Virus record (IMG/VR): IMGVR_UViG_3300021168_000005
Span: 1 to 51,700 of that record
From: a virus
Taxonomy: Duplodnaviria > Caudoviricetes
Length of the DNA stretch: 51,700 nucleotides
Reading direction: 5' to 3' (one strand)
The notes under the pieces were generated by a model. That model saw only the letters and a list, made by a program, of their open reading frames with translations. It searched no databases and had not been told where the DNA came from. Positions 38,421 through 46,656 of this stretch are shown in pieces. Position 1 is the first letter of the stretch; each line of letters opens with the position of its first letter. The position numbers and the translations under genes were made by a program.

Positions 38421-38972
38421 TTATTGAGTCTGCTCACTCGCTGAAGGCGAATCAATTGTTATAGGAATAGACTCAGAGATAATCTTTTCATTATTACGTT
38501 TAGTTGTTTCTAAAGCCTTTATTAGTTCGCTCGCAAGTTCATTATCTTGGCTATTATCCACATTTTGCGATGCCGTAGGTAAGCCGATTCTACTAACCTT
38601 AGCGAAAGCTCCTTGTCGATCGAGTACTTCTTTCGAGGCTTCAAACTGAAGCTTCTTATCTATTTTCTGGACACAAGCTGCATAAAGATTTTCCAACGCG
38701 ACAGGGACTGCCTGATTTAAAATCCGTCTTTGTAGAGGGAGATTCTCTATGATATTCTCGTCTGCTACGCTGAGAACACCAGTCAAGTATTGATTATGTA
38801 ATTGCTGATAAATTTGGGTTTTCTTAAGGAGGGAATACGAAGTCTGCGACATCCCAATATGTTGGGCTATCTCGCGATCTTTAAGGCCGAGATTTAACAT
38901 CTCTAAGCGGCAGGCGATTCTAATCTTATCGACTGTTTTAGAATGATGTTTCCCTTTACGGGAGAAGCTCAT
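38421..38972 (-). CDS. terS: terminase small subunit (HTH)
   Basis: HTH LKDREIAQHIGMSQTSYS, ASKEVLDRQG motif, upstream of terL. Confidence 0.7.
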   Translation of the reverse strand: MSFSRKGKHHSKTVDKIRIACRLEMLNLGLKDREIAQHIGMSQTSYSLLKKTQIYQQLHNQYLTGVLSVADENIIENLPLQRRILNQAVPVALENLYAACVQKIDKKLQFEASKEVLDRQGAFAKVSRIGLPTASQNVDNSQDNELASELIKALETTKRNNEKIISESIPITIDSPSASEQTQ

Positions 38973-39112
38973 TATGTTTTCTTTCTGGCTTCTTGTTTAC
39001 GTATTTTCTTAATGTTACCAGCGTTTACGCTAGTACAGATAGCATGAGCACTGGAAGTGCTTTTTCCTGAAGCCTTCACATGAGAAACACAGCGTTTATA
39101 CTTCGCTGGCAT
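38972..39112 (-). CDS. 46-aa basic protein (not in ORF track)
   Basis: MPAKYKRCVSHVKASGKSTSSAHAICTSV..., AAGGAG RBS, TAATG coupling to terS. Confidence 0.6.
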   Translation of the reverse strand: MPAKYKRCVSHVKASGKSTSSAHAICTSVNAGNIKKIRKQEARKKT

Positions 39113-39290
39113 TATCATTCTCCTTTGGCATAGCCACGACTTCCGGTCGCCATTTCTTAAAGTGTGAAGCTAAAGCACCAATAATCTTACTATCATGGTT
39201 CTCTGTCTTAGGTGGGTTAATTACTGAAGGCGAAGCCACAACTTTCGCAGGCTGTTTTAGCTTCAGCCGAGATTTTGAACCATGCTTCAT
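39096..39290 (-). CDS. hypothetical protein, first late gene
   Basis: GAGG RBS, downstream of a sigma70-like promoter. Confidence 0.5.
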   Translation of the reverse strand: MKHGSKSRLKLKQPAKVVASPSVINPPKTENHDSKIIGALASHFKKWRPEVVAMPKENDNASEV

Positions 39291-39350
39291 AATCTATCAA
39301 ACCTCAACTTCACACTTTAACGCAATCGAACCAGCCTTACTTTGTCTACT

Positions 39351-39379
39351 AGTATGGCAGGCTTCGTTGGTGAAGTCAA
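39351..39379 (-). promoter_or_regulatory. sigma70-like promoter for the packaging/structural arm
   Basis: TTGACT-N17-CATACT on the - strand. Confidence 0.6.
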
Positions 39380-39859
39380 TGAATATTATGGCCGCAGGCT
39401 GTACCATTTAAAGGAAGTTACCTTGGTAACTATCTACTCGTCTATCGTTAGATGGTAGACTTGGCCTTTCGGCGTTAACTCTTTAGCTTTGCTAATCTAG
39501 ACTCTCTTCACTATCGTTATTATCAATCACGAAGTGATTATAAATGTCATCGTAGATAAAGACAAATATATTATGTACGAAATGAAAAAACTAGAAAAAA
39601 TTCTGAGAACATCCCCGGTCGTGTAAAATTTTCTCTGCTATATTACCCCCGGCCTTTAGATTCTTACACTTAGAGTGCCTTCGGCAAGTAATAAATATAC
39701 ACTGGCGTGTAATAATTATATATTACTATGAGCTTATGTGTATGATTCTAAAGGCTTTAACTTTAGTATAGCACTTGCTATAGTAAGGGTGCGAGCTAGT
39801 TATGAGCTAGCTGTACAAGTAATAGTGTTTACTAATGAGTAAGCCTTACATTTTGTGGC

Positions 39860-39888
39860 TTGCATCATAGCGGACACTTGTATATAAC
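39860..39888 (+). promoter_or_regulatory. sigma70-like promoter for the early arm
   Basis: TTGCAT-N17-TATAAC. Confidence 0.45.
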
Positions 39889-39892
39889 CATA

Positions 39893-40135
39893 CTGTCTGC
39901 TGTATATGGGACGGTGTAGCATATAGATCAGCGCTCTATGGTAGGCTATTACCTGCTAAGGTAGCCGTTTATATGTGCACTAAGACCTACGTCATTAGGA
40001 TTATGACTCTGTGCTAGTGTAGTGTTATGACCGTTAATCTGGGGCTACATGCAGGTAGCGTTAGACGTAACACTACTGGGGATTAACGGTCTTATCACTA
40101 CACTAGAGATTATCTTCCGCATATCATGCTCTAGC
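39893..40135 (+). ncRNA. putative structured leader or ncRNA
   Basis: About 26-bp stem 40014-40039/40081-40106 enclosing two small hairpins, plus further stems at 39919-39976. Confidence 0.45.
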
Positions 40136-40162
40136 CAATTCTACAGATGAGAGGCTAAGATC

Positions 40163-40507
40163 ATGGCAACGTTGGAAGGCAAAACACCCGAACAAATTGC
40201 AGCGGAGATTGTTAAAAAAGCAGTTGAGCCGCTGAAAATCGAAATCGACGGAGTTCGCGGTCAAGATTTGGATAGTCTGCTTAAGTATAAGCATGCTAAA
40301 CAAATCTACTCCAAAGGCGAGAAGTGGTTTACTGAGAATCTTGATATGCTCAGGAAAGAGTTTCTTGAGAATATCATCGAATCTCAGTACGACCAACGGA
40401 AGAAACAGGATAAAGCACAGTCAGAAAAAGAGAAACTTGAATACTACACTCTGCTTATTAGTCGTGGAGTGGAGAAAATCAAGGCTCTTGAAATGGCAGG
40501 GATGTAG
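40163..40507 (+). CDS. hypothetical early protein
   Basis: GAGG RBS, 114 aa, helical. Confidence 0.7.
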   Translation: MATLEGKTPEQIAAEIVKKAVEPLKIEIDGVRGQDLDSLLKYKHAKQIYSKGEKWFTENLDMLRKEFLENIIESQYDQRKKQDKAQSEKEKLEYYTLLISRGVEKIKALEMAGM

Positions 40508-40549
40508 TTTGCGTTCGAAACTAGAGCATGATGTAGGGAGGATAATCTA

Positions 40550-40765
40550 ATGGGGTTAATAACAATGCGCAATGGCAAGGTAACTCATATAATATCTACG
40601 CGTGTTGTTGGTGCTAGCGCTAATATGAGCGAGGTATCAGCAGCAAAGAAACGTAGATATCATGTAGACAGGTCAAAATTACAACGCAGAGAAGAGTTAC
40701 GCCTGTTAAGATTACAAGAACAGATGGAAATGCGGAAGTTAAAGCAGAAATTGATAGGCTGGTAG
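40550..40765 (+). CDS. basic hypothetical protein
   Basis: GGAGG RBS, 71 aa. Confidence 0.65.
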   Translation: MGLITMRNGKVTHIISTRVVGASANMSEVSAAKKRRYHVDRSKLQRREELRLLRLQEQMEMRKLKQKLIGW

Positions 40766-40781
40766 TAATCTACCAGTCTTT
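40757..40781 (+). terminator. intrinsic terminator
   Basis: GGCTGGTAG-TAAT-CTACCAGTC-TTT. Confidence 0.5.
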
Positions 40782-40833
40782 AGAATTTTGTTCGGTGTCA
40801 CGATGTGTCAACTACACACACATTCGGCAGGTG

Positions 40834-41061
40834 TAAGTCCTTGTGTTTGAATGGTTTAGCGTTGGATAATGAAATGACACACACACACGGGAGTGGTGTA
40901 TGGTTTATTTTTTTTTTTTTTTTTTTTAAAATAATAAAGATTTCTTCAAAATTTAAACTCGGCAATTATTACACAGCGCTTACCTCTCCATCCAGACCGT
41001 ACTCCCGTGCCTGTGCCAGATTTCAACATACAAGTTTAACATGCTGATTTCGAAGGACTTA
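40834..41061. repeat. 70-bp gapless imperfect inverted repeat flanking an AT-rich core with T20 (candidate origin)
   Basis: 40834-40903 against the reverse complement of 40992-41061 gives 43/70 identities by hand; T20 at 40908-40927. Confidence 0.7.
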
Positions 41062-41095
41062 AAAGCCTTGACATTGCGCGGATAGAGACTAGACT
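41037..41095 (+). promoter_or_regulatory. IHF-like site plus sigma70 promoter
   Basis: TAACATGCTGATTTCGAAGGACTTA, then TTGACA-N16-TAGACT. Confidence 0.65.
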
Positions 41096-41131
41096 CGTTA
41101 AGTACATTAATTCTATCAGGAGTTTAGCTCT

Positions 41132-41746
41132 ATGGAAGTTAATCCGAGATTAGCTGGTGAAGAAGCTTGTATATGTAAACGTTCTGCCTTGCGTACACAT
41201 TGTCCTTATTGTGGACGAGCGAACTTCTATGCTCTTAAAAAGAAAATAGAGCGGCCACATCCACAATCAGGAAACATAACACAAGTTACATTGTATCGTT
41301 GTCGTGGATGTAATAAACAATTTGATGATTTACAATGGCGTTTCAATTGTGAAGCTCCTGCACCATTACGAGTACAATATGAGACAGCGCTTAAATTGGA
41401 GCAAGATGAGCTATTCTTACGTGCGCGTACTCCAGGTGTTAAGTTTAATGAAAATGAAAAGAGACATTTTCGTAAAGTCACAGGTATGCAATATGAACAA
41501 TATCGAGATATGATGGCTAATCTTGAGAAGAAGATACAAAAAGCAGAGTTTACAGGCATAGCAACGCACCATCAAAAGACCGGACTTAAAATAGTTGTAG
41601 ACGATAAATATGCTCCAACTGCAAAACCACAAACTCCGTATGATGCACACATTGTACAATGTCAAACTTGTATGATTGCAGATACAGAAGAACAACACTG
41701 CGATGCTGGTAAAATCCTTTTTAAGTTAAGAGAGCAAGTACAATGA
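41132..41746 (+). CDS. multi-Zn-finger protein
   Basis: CIC, CPYCG, CRGC, H..QCQTC...HC motifs; AGGAG RBS. Confidence 0.7.
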   Translation: MEVNPRLAGEEACICKRSALRTHCPYCGRANFYALKKKIERPHPQSGNITQVTLYRCRGCNKQFDDLQWRFNCEAPAPLRVQYETALKLEQDELFLRARTPGVKFNENEKRHFRKVTGMQYEQYRDMMANLEKKIQKAEFTGIATHHQKTGLKIVVDDKYAPTAKPQTPYDAHIVQCQTCMIADTEEQHCDAGKILFKLREQVQ

Positions 41747-41970
41747 CATCTACTGATTTATGGTATGCACAAGAGCGTGTTACAGAATTCATTAGAGATC
41801 GTAAACGAGTATCATTTGATGAGATATATCGACATAATTACAAGTATGTAATATCCAAAGAAGCATTAGATTCAATTCTTTGGATATTAGTACACTGTGA
41901 ATTTGTCACAGAAGAAATAATAAACCATAGAAAGTATTACACATGGATTTTTGAAGGAGACATAACATGA
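41743..41970 (+). CDS. stand-alone winged-helix, paralogue of the DUF3987 C-terminal domain
   Basis: AQERVTEFI...VS..EI.R.N...L.H...V.E...H...Y.W is shared with the C-terminus of 6422-7627. Confidence 0.75.
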   Translation: MTSTDLWYAQERVTEFIRDRKRVSFDEIYRHNYKYVISKEALDSILWILVHCEFVTEEIINHRKYYTWIFEGDIT

Positions 41971-42155
41971 GCGTCAGCTATTTCTGCAACAACTGCGAAA
42001 ATGAGGATAATTTCATTGTTATCCAAGGAGTTGTACATTGTGACGTTTGTCAATCTAATGATGTTGAGATTGTGAAAGCTGACGGACCACCTTACGCTGA
42101 TGAGATTAATGAAGATCTCTTCTATGATGATTTAGAGGATCTCTATAATAACTAG
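41967..42155 (+). CDS. small acidic Zn-ribbon protein
   Basis: CNNC...CDVC and a D/E-rich tail. Confidence 0.65.
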   Translation: MSVSYFCNNCENEDNFIVIQGVVHCDVCQSNDVEIVKADGPPYADEINEDLFYDDLEDLYNN

Positions 42156-42227
42156 CAGGTCAGCACTTCTATGGTTCAGTTTGTTGGTTGTTGGTTAATT
42201 ACGATTATCAAACTAAAGGAGTCTAAA

Positions 42228-42359
42228 ATGATTGACATCTTGCTTGCAATCGCTGCTGTTTATATACTCTGGAGATTTATGCAAGAGACAGAGTCGGAAG
42301 AAGATATAGCACATAAAACCATCGTTCGTTGGACGGAACATGACAAGCGTAACTATTAA
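42228..42359 (+). CDS. small membrane protein
   Basis: AAGGAG RBS before MIDILLAIAAVYILWRF. Confidence 0.55.
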   Translation: MIDILLAIAAVYILWRFMQETESEEDIAHKTIVRWTEHDKRNY

Positions 42360-42413
42360 CCGGGCGTTAGCCCGTCTGGAGGGTATAAAGATTATCACTA
42401 GCGTGATTATAAT

Positions 42414-42546
42414 AATCACTTTAGTGAGCTACGCTAACAATAAGGGACTGACGAAAAATATATGGCTGCAAACGTATATAATAAATCAGTCGCTCTTGCA
42501 GGAGAAACCAGCATACGTTGGGTTAGCGTAGCTCAGTGAGGTGATT
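42414..42546 (+). ncRNA. putative cis-regulatory structured RNA occluding the downstream RBS
   Basis: About 24-bp closing stem (42414-42438/42522-42546) with internal stems; the 3' arm contains the GAGGTG RBS of the gene starting at 42553. Confidence 0.55.
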
Positions 42547-42552
42547 TTTAAA

Positions 42553-42774
42553 ATGTCAAGATATCTTGTTGAAGTTATGGAAATTAAAACACAACGTAAA
42601 ATTGTTATTGCACATGATTATAATACAGCCAAAGATTATGGTTTACGTGATTGTAATATTTCTGTTCGTAGTGTAACAGATCACACCATTGATGTTAGAG
42701 TGATTAAAAGACTTCCAGATTTAGACTGTAATTGGGAACAACGTAGGCAAGATAACGAGGAGTTACAACGATGA
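42553..42774 (+). CDS. hypothetical protein
   Basis: GAGGTG RBS, ATG at 42553. Confidence 0.6.
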   Translation: MSRYLVEVMEIKTQRKIVIAHDYNTAKDYGLRDCNISVRSVTDHTIDVRVIKRLPDLDCNWEQRRQDNEELQR

Positions 42775-43115
42775 AACATAACCTAAGCTTCATCTACGAC
42801 GCTCTTGTAAGCGTAGATAATGATCCTGCTAAAAGTATGCATTTTTGGAATAATCCTTCGGACAAGATTAAACTGTTCGGAGATATTCTAATGCATTCTG
42901 TAGTTGGACAAGATCATCTACAAGGATTCGAAGCAGAACAACGAGCGCGAGAAATTATTAAATGGATAGATCAGCACTACGATGCACAAGCTTGGCCATT
43001 GCATGATGTTCATTTTCATACGAACTTTGAGCAGTATATCAACTGTCCCTTTACTTGCTTAAACGAGATAACCAGCAATATTGAGAAGATGATAAAGGAA
43101 AACTTCCATGCCTAG
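42771..43115 (+). CDS. hypothetical protein
   Basis: GAGGAG RBS, ATGA coupling. Confidence 0.65.
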   Translation: MKHNLSFIYDALVSVDNDPAKSMHFWNNPSDKIKLFGDILMHSVVGQDHLQGFEAEQRAREIIKWIDQHYDAQAWPLHDVHFHTNFEQYINCPFTCLNEITSNIEKMIKENFHA

Positions 43116-43323
43116 CGGCAGAGTTTATGATTACGATATTTGTGGCTATTGCAAAGTTAACGACGGTCCACTTTGTTGGGTTGTTTTATTGCCACATAAC
43201 ACAACAATTTGCAAAACGAACGTCTGCGCGAATTGCAGAAAAGGATTAAAGAAGCTTGGAAGAGGAACAATCCTAGCGGAAAATATTGGAAATAAAATCA
43301 CAAAAAAGGAGCCTAAAAAATGA
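43108..43323 (+). CDS. small Zn-finger protein
   Basis: CGYC...CANC. Confidence 0.6.
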   Translation: MPSGRVYDYDICGYCKVNDGPLCWVVLLPHNTTICKTNVCANCRKGLKKLGRGTILAENIGNKITKKEPKK

Positions 43324-43616
43324 AAGTCGAACTCGTCGGCCAAGTCGTTTCAATGGAAAGAAAAGAACGTTTTCCTACGGACAGTCATGGTGTAACCAAC
43401 TATCGTGCTAAACAAGTTCCATACAACGTAGCAACTATTAAGTTGCTAGACAACCTTCATAATATTGAAGGCACCTGCCAAGTCGAAACAAACGAACTGA
43501 AATATCTTCAATATGTCGGAATAATTATCGACTCTGACAGTCGTCTGCAACTGCCTGAAAGCAAGGATGATATCGTGCTAGTGGACAAGCCGAAAGTCCA
43601 AAAAGACTGGCCATAA
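43320..43616 (+). CDS. hypothetical protein (possibly OB-like)
   Basis: AAGGAG RBS, beta-rich. Confidence 0.6.
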   Translation: MKVELVGQVVSMERKERFPTDSHGVTNYRAKQVPYNVATIKLLDNLHNIEGTCQVETNELKYLQYVGIIIDSDSRLQLPESKDDIVLVDKPKVQKDWP

Positions 43617-43617
43617 C

Positions 43618-43646
43618 TTGACAGCCGTTCGGGTATCCTTTATTAT
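43618..43646 (+). promoter_or_regulatory. sigma70 promoter
   Basis: TTGACA-N17-TATTAT. Confidence 0.65.
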
Positions 43647-43728
43647 AAGGATGTTCGGCACAGCCGAATCCCCTGACCGGAGGGCAATATTCGGTCTTGA
43701 CTTATAATATGTCTATATTGAGAACAAG

Positions 43729-44025
43729 ATGCTTATAAGACGATTAAAAATTAAGATATTCCATCCACCGGATAATAAGTCTTATAAGCTTCTTATTATC
43801 AATGCAGGCAGTGGCAAGTATTTTCATGCTGTTGGCATTGAGAATGAGCTTATGCGAATTGCAGATTCTATAGAGAGTAGTTTTCCTGAGTTTGAATATA
43901 GAATGGTTCCGACAGGAACAGATTCGTTTAATTTCATTTTCACTGGTATCAAACAGAAAGTTGAAGCAGTAGAGGCAGTAAATAATCAAAAAGGAGACTT
44001 ACAAAATGGCAACTACAGCAATTGA
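43729..44025 (+). CDS. hypothetical protein
   Basis: 98 aa, downstream of the promoter. Confidence 0.55.
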   Translation: MLIRRLKIKIFHPPDNKSYKLLIINAGSGKYFHAVGIENELMRIADSIESSFPEFEYRMVPTGTDSFNFIFTGIKQKVEAVEAVNNQKGDLQNGNYSN

Positions 44026-44599
44026 CCGTGCTTCCGCACCTGCGGCAGCAGAAAGTAACGTAACTTCAGAACGTCAAGATTATGTTATTGGTTATGATCT
44101 TGGTGTTGATGAAAAAACAGGCGCAAAGACGCGAGTGGTCGCGTTCAGGGAAATTACCAGCGAAGAGCAGCTTGCGGCAGTTAAAAAGCTTCGCGATGAA
44201 GGAAAGTTTGCAGACGTAACCACGGTTACTGTTTCTATTCCAAGGGCAAAGAATCTTGATGGTATTAAGGCAATTTGCCCGAATGAAGAGGAAGCGGCTG
44301 CAAATTTTAATCGCGGTGCAAAACAGAAGGCGAATAATCGCTTGAAAGCGATTTTGCTCGAAGAGACGGGAACTGGTGAAGTTGCTTTTGATCCTGAGAG
44401 TGCCGTAGATGAAAATGGAACTAAGCGCGTTGTTAATGGCGTTCTTGATCTTACTTCGGAGATCGCTAGCGAGAGCAAGCGAAAGGTTCTCACTGAAGAA
44501 GAGAAACTTGATCGTTTCTTGGAACAGTTCCCCGAGTCTGTTCGTGCAGCAATGAAGTCTGCTTATCAAGCTTCGCGGCAGGCTGCACCTGCGGCTTAA
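44006..44599 (+). CDS. hypothetical protein
   Basis: AAGGAG RBS, 197 aa, followed by a terminator. Confidence 0.75.
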   Translation: MATTAIDRASAPAAAESNVTSERQDYVIGYDLGVDEKTGAKTRVVAFREITSEEQLAAVKKLRDEGKFADVTTVTVSIPRAKNLDGIKAICPNEEEAAANFNRGAKQKANNRLKAILLEETGTGEVAFDPESAVDENGTKRVVNGVLDLTSEIASESKRKVLTEEEKLDRFLEQFPESVRAAMKSAYQASRQAAPAA

Positions 44600-44644
44600 A
44601 TAATATTCGCTGGAGTTATGAACCAGCGATAGCTTGCAAGCAAT

Positions 44645-44676
44645 GAGGTTCTCAGAAATGGGAACCTCTTTTTTTT
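44645..44676 (+). terminator. intrinsic terminator
   Basis: GAGGTTCTCA-GAAA-TGGGAACCTC-T8. Confidence 0.85.
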
Positions 44677-44701
44677 ATCCCTATTTCACAAAGGAGGATT
44701 T

Positions 44702-44890
44702 ATGTTTTGGAAATCAAAAGATTTTAAAGGTCACGAAGTTATGATTAACATTGAAGAAATTCTTGTTTTAATTTCACATGGCTCACTTGATCCTGGTGAA
44801 GTAATTATATCACGTGATAGATCAGTATTTTTAAATCAGAAAGAATATAAAGAGTTAGTAGATTTCCTGCCGCAAATTACCGGCAGTTAG
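44702..44890 (+). CDS. hypothetical protein
   Basis: AGGAGG RBS, 62 aa. Confidence 0.65.
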   Translation: MFWKSKDFKGHEVMINIEEILVLISHGSLDPGEVIISRDRSVFLNQKEYKELVDFLPQITGS

Positions 44891-44895
44891 ACTAT

Positions 44896-45303
44896 TTACT
44901 TTGCTGGTCCTTCAATTGCTTTAGTGATTAGTGAAATGAATTTAGCTTCTGTTAGTATTACTTTTTTGCGTTTAAATTTGTCTGTAGTTTGTACGAATAA
45001 TGTTTTATGCCCAAACTCTTTTTCTTCATGTTTTTTAATTATGTTACAATTAGCACATAAGCACTGAAAATCTCTTTTATTTTTTGTGCCGTTAAGAATA
45101 GCTCTATATAAAGCTATACCACTATCTGCGTATGTTCTATTTTTAGTTACAAAACATTCTTTATGATCTAATTGTAACGCACGGATATCAGTAAAGCCAC
45201 ATCTACAACATTTAGAACCATAAAGAGCTAATACTTCTAATCTACATTTTTGATTATAGTCACGATGATAATTTGGATTTATATACTGTTGTTTATTTGG
45301 CAT
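44896..45303 (-). CDS. HNH-type endonuclease
   Basis: YGSKCCRCG...LQLDH...FQCLCANCN; own promoter TTGACA-N17-TAAGCT at 45313-45341 on the - strand. Confidence 0.75.
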   Translation of the reverse strand: MPNKQQYINPNYHRDYNQKCRLEVLALYGSKCCRCGFTDIRALQLDHKECFVTKNRTYADSGIALYRAILNGTKNKRDFQCLCANCNIIKKHEEKEFGHKTLFVQTTDKFKRKKVILTEAKFISLITKAIEGPAK

Positions 45304-45349
45304 AGTCTTTATAGCTTAAAGCATATTTTCTGGCGTGTCAATAGCTAGG

Positions 45350-45410
45350 TAACTCACTGATTTCACAGGACTTAGATCGCTTGACAGTCAAATACGAAAC
45401 AGAGTAGACT
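45350..45410 (+). promoter_or_regulatory. IHF-like site plus sigma70 promoter (divergent from the HNH promoter)
   Basis: TAACTCACTGATTTCACAGGACTTA, then TTGACA-N18-TAGACT. Confidence 0.65.
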
Positions 45411-45443
45411 TGAAAATGACCTTGTATAAAGGACTTAAATTTT

Positions 45444-45974
45444 ATGCCGCGTTACAACAGAAACTCTGGTCCAGTAAACGTATCTCTTTCATGGTCTACC
45501 ATGATTGGTGCATACAATCTCAAGTTTGATAATGCCTACGGAGATTTTGATAAAGTTAAAGCAGTTATCACTTGGATTAAAATGACAATTCCTTCTAATG
45601 AACGAGATTATGATCCTGATACTTATGAATGGACTATCCACGAGAAATATTTTCAAACTCTGAAAGATGTTATTGAAGGGATTTCTGGCTTTAACTTTTC
45701 GTATTTTGAAAAGCCTCTTGGCAGTAGTCAAACGAAATTTGTTCCTTTGGATGAATACACAAAACTCTTTCAATATGTAACCAATCAAGATGCAACACAG
45801 CTTGAATATAAAGATGCGTTGCGCGCATATAGATTAGCTGCGCTAAGAATGCATCCGGATAGACATCCAGAAGATCCATCAGCAGGACAAAAAATGTCAG
45901 AATTTAACGAAGCATGGAACGTAATCAAAGAGAGACATTTTAAAATTGTGAAAGTGATGGAGCACGTTCAATGA
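45444..45974 (+). CDS. J-domain protein with N-terminal HARP-like domain
   Basis: RAYRLAALRMHPDRHP...MSEFNEAWNVI is a J-domain with HPD. IKMTIPSNERDYDPDTYEWTI is HARP-like. Confidence 0.8.
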   Translation: MPRYNRNSGPVNVSLSWSTMIGAYNLKFDNAYGDFDKVKAVITWIKMTIPSNERDYDPDTYEWTIHEKYFQTLKDVIEGISGFNFSYFEKPLGSSQTKFVPLDEYTKLFQYVTNQDATQLEYKDALRAYRLAALRMHPDRHPEDPSAGQKMSEFNEAWNVIKERHFKIVKVMEHVQ

Positions 45975-46183
45975 TTCCACATAAAGAAGCATCCTTTACA
46001 ATTCTAGCTCCGAATGATTTCCATCGTTGTTTATGGCTAGGTTGTAGACGACAGGGAGATTTTCACGCATTCGCTAAAAATGATAGAGATAGTTATATTT
46101 TTGACTATCCAAACATTTGTGGTGTTCATGTTGTCATGGCTGCTATAGAATTTTGCGCTGTAAATGATAAAGGTGAATTTTAA
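45971..46183 (+). CDS. small Zn-binding protein
   Basis: CLWLGC...ICGVH, ATGA coupling. Confidence 0.55.
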   Translation: MIPHKEASFTILAPNDFHRCLWLGCRRQGDFHAFAKNDRDSYIFDYPNICGVHVVMAAIEFCAVNDKGEF

Positions 46184-46185
46184 AC

Positions 46186-46656
46186 ATGCCGCGATTGCGG
46201 TATTATAAAAACTTTGATTATGAAGCTAACGCTGACGCTGAAGATAATAGCGAAGCTGATAGCGGAAAAAGTTGGCTCTCTAATGCGCAAATTATTTCTT
46301 CGTTTTCAACGAGTAAACTCGAAGAAGCTCTCGCTCGTTATAAAGCAATCGTTAGATTGCTGGAGATGGAATTATTATCGCGTTCTTTTAATAATCGCAA
46401 GCATCCTGCTGAAAGCAGCAGTAGCGATTCACACGTATTTACTAACACGCAAGAGCGTGATAGAAACGGACGAACAAATGCAAAGAGAGAAAGAAATAAC
46501 AACAAAAGTTATAAAGTTTCAACGATGAGAGCGATGTTAAGAACATTAAAAATTTCGCCAGAAGCGAAAAGGCTGCTCTTTGAGCAGTGGTGTAAAATTC
46601 AACAAGAGGAGCATAATCATGGCAGTAAAGTTAAAGAAAGTGAAAAGACACCTTAG
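46186..46656 (+). CDS. hypothetical protein
   Basis: AAGGTG RBS, 156 aa. Confidence 0.6.
   Translation: MPRLRYYKNFDYEANADAEDNSEADSGKSWLSNAQIISSFSTSKLEEALARYKAIVRLLEMELLSRSFNNRKHPAESSSSDSHVFTNTQERDRNGRTNAKRERNNNKSYKVSTMRAMLRTLKISPEAKRLLFEQWCKIQQEEHNHGSKVKESEKTP

Noticed and set aside
40805-41047. 80-aa ORF with a poly-Phe run
   Set aside because: It is a by-product of the T20 tract and inverted repeat, with no RBS.
39290-41130. CRISPR mini-array or tRNA genes in the non-coding regions
   Set aside because: No regularly spaced direct repeats and no cloverleaf with a T-loop consensus were found by eye.
42440-42530. Hammerhead ribozyme (CTGACGA ... GAAAC ... GTT present)
   Set aside because: Stems I and II cannot form next to the core in the required register, and CTGA is itself paired with TCAG.
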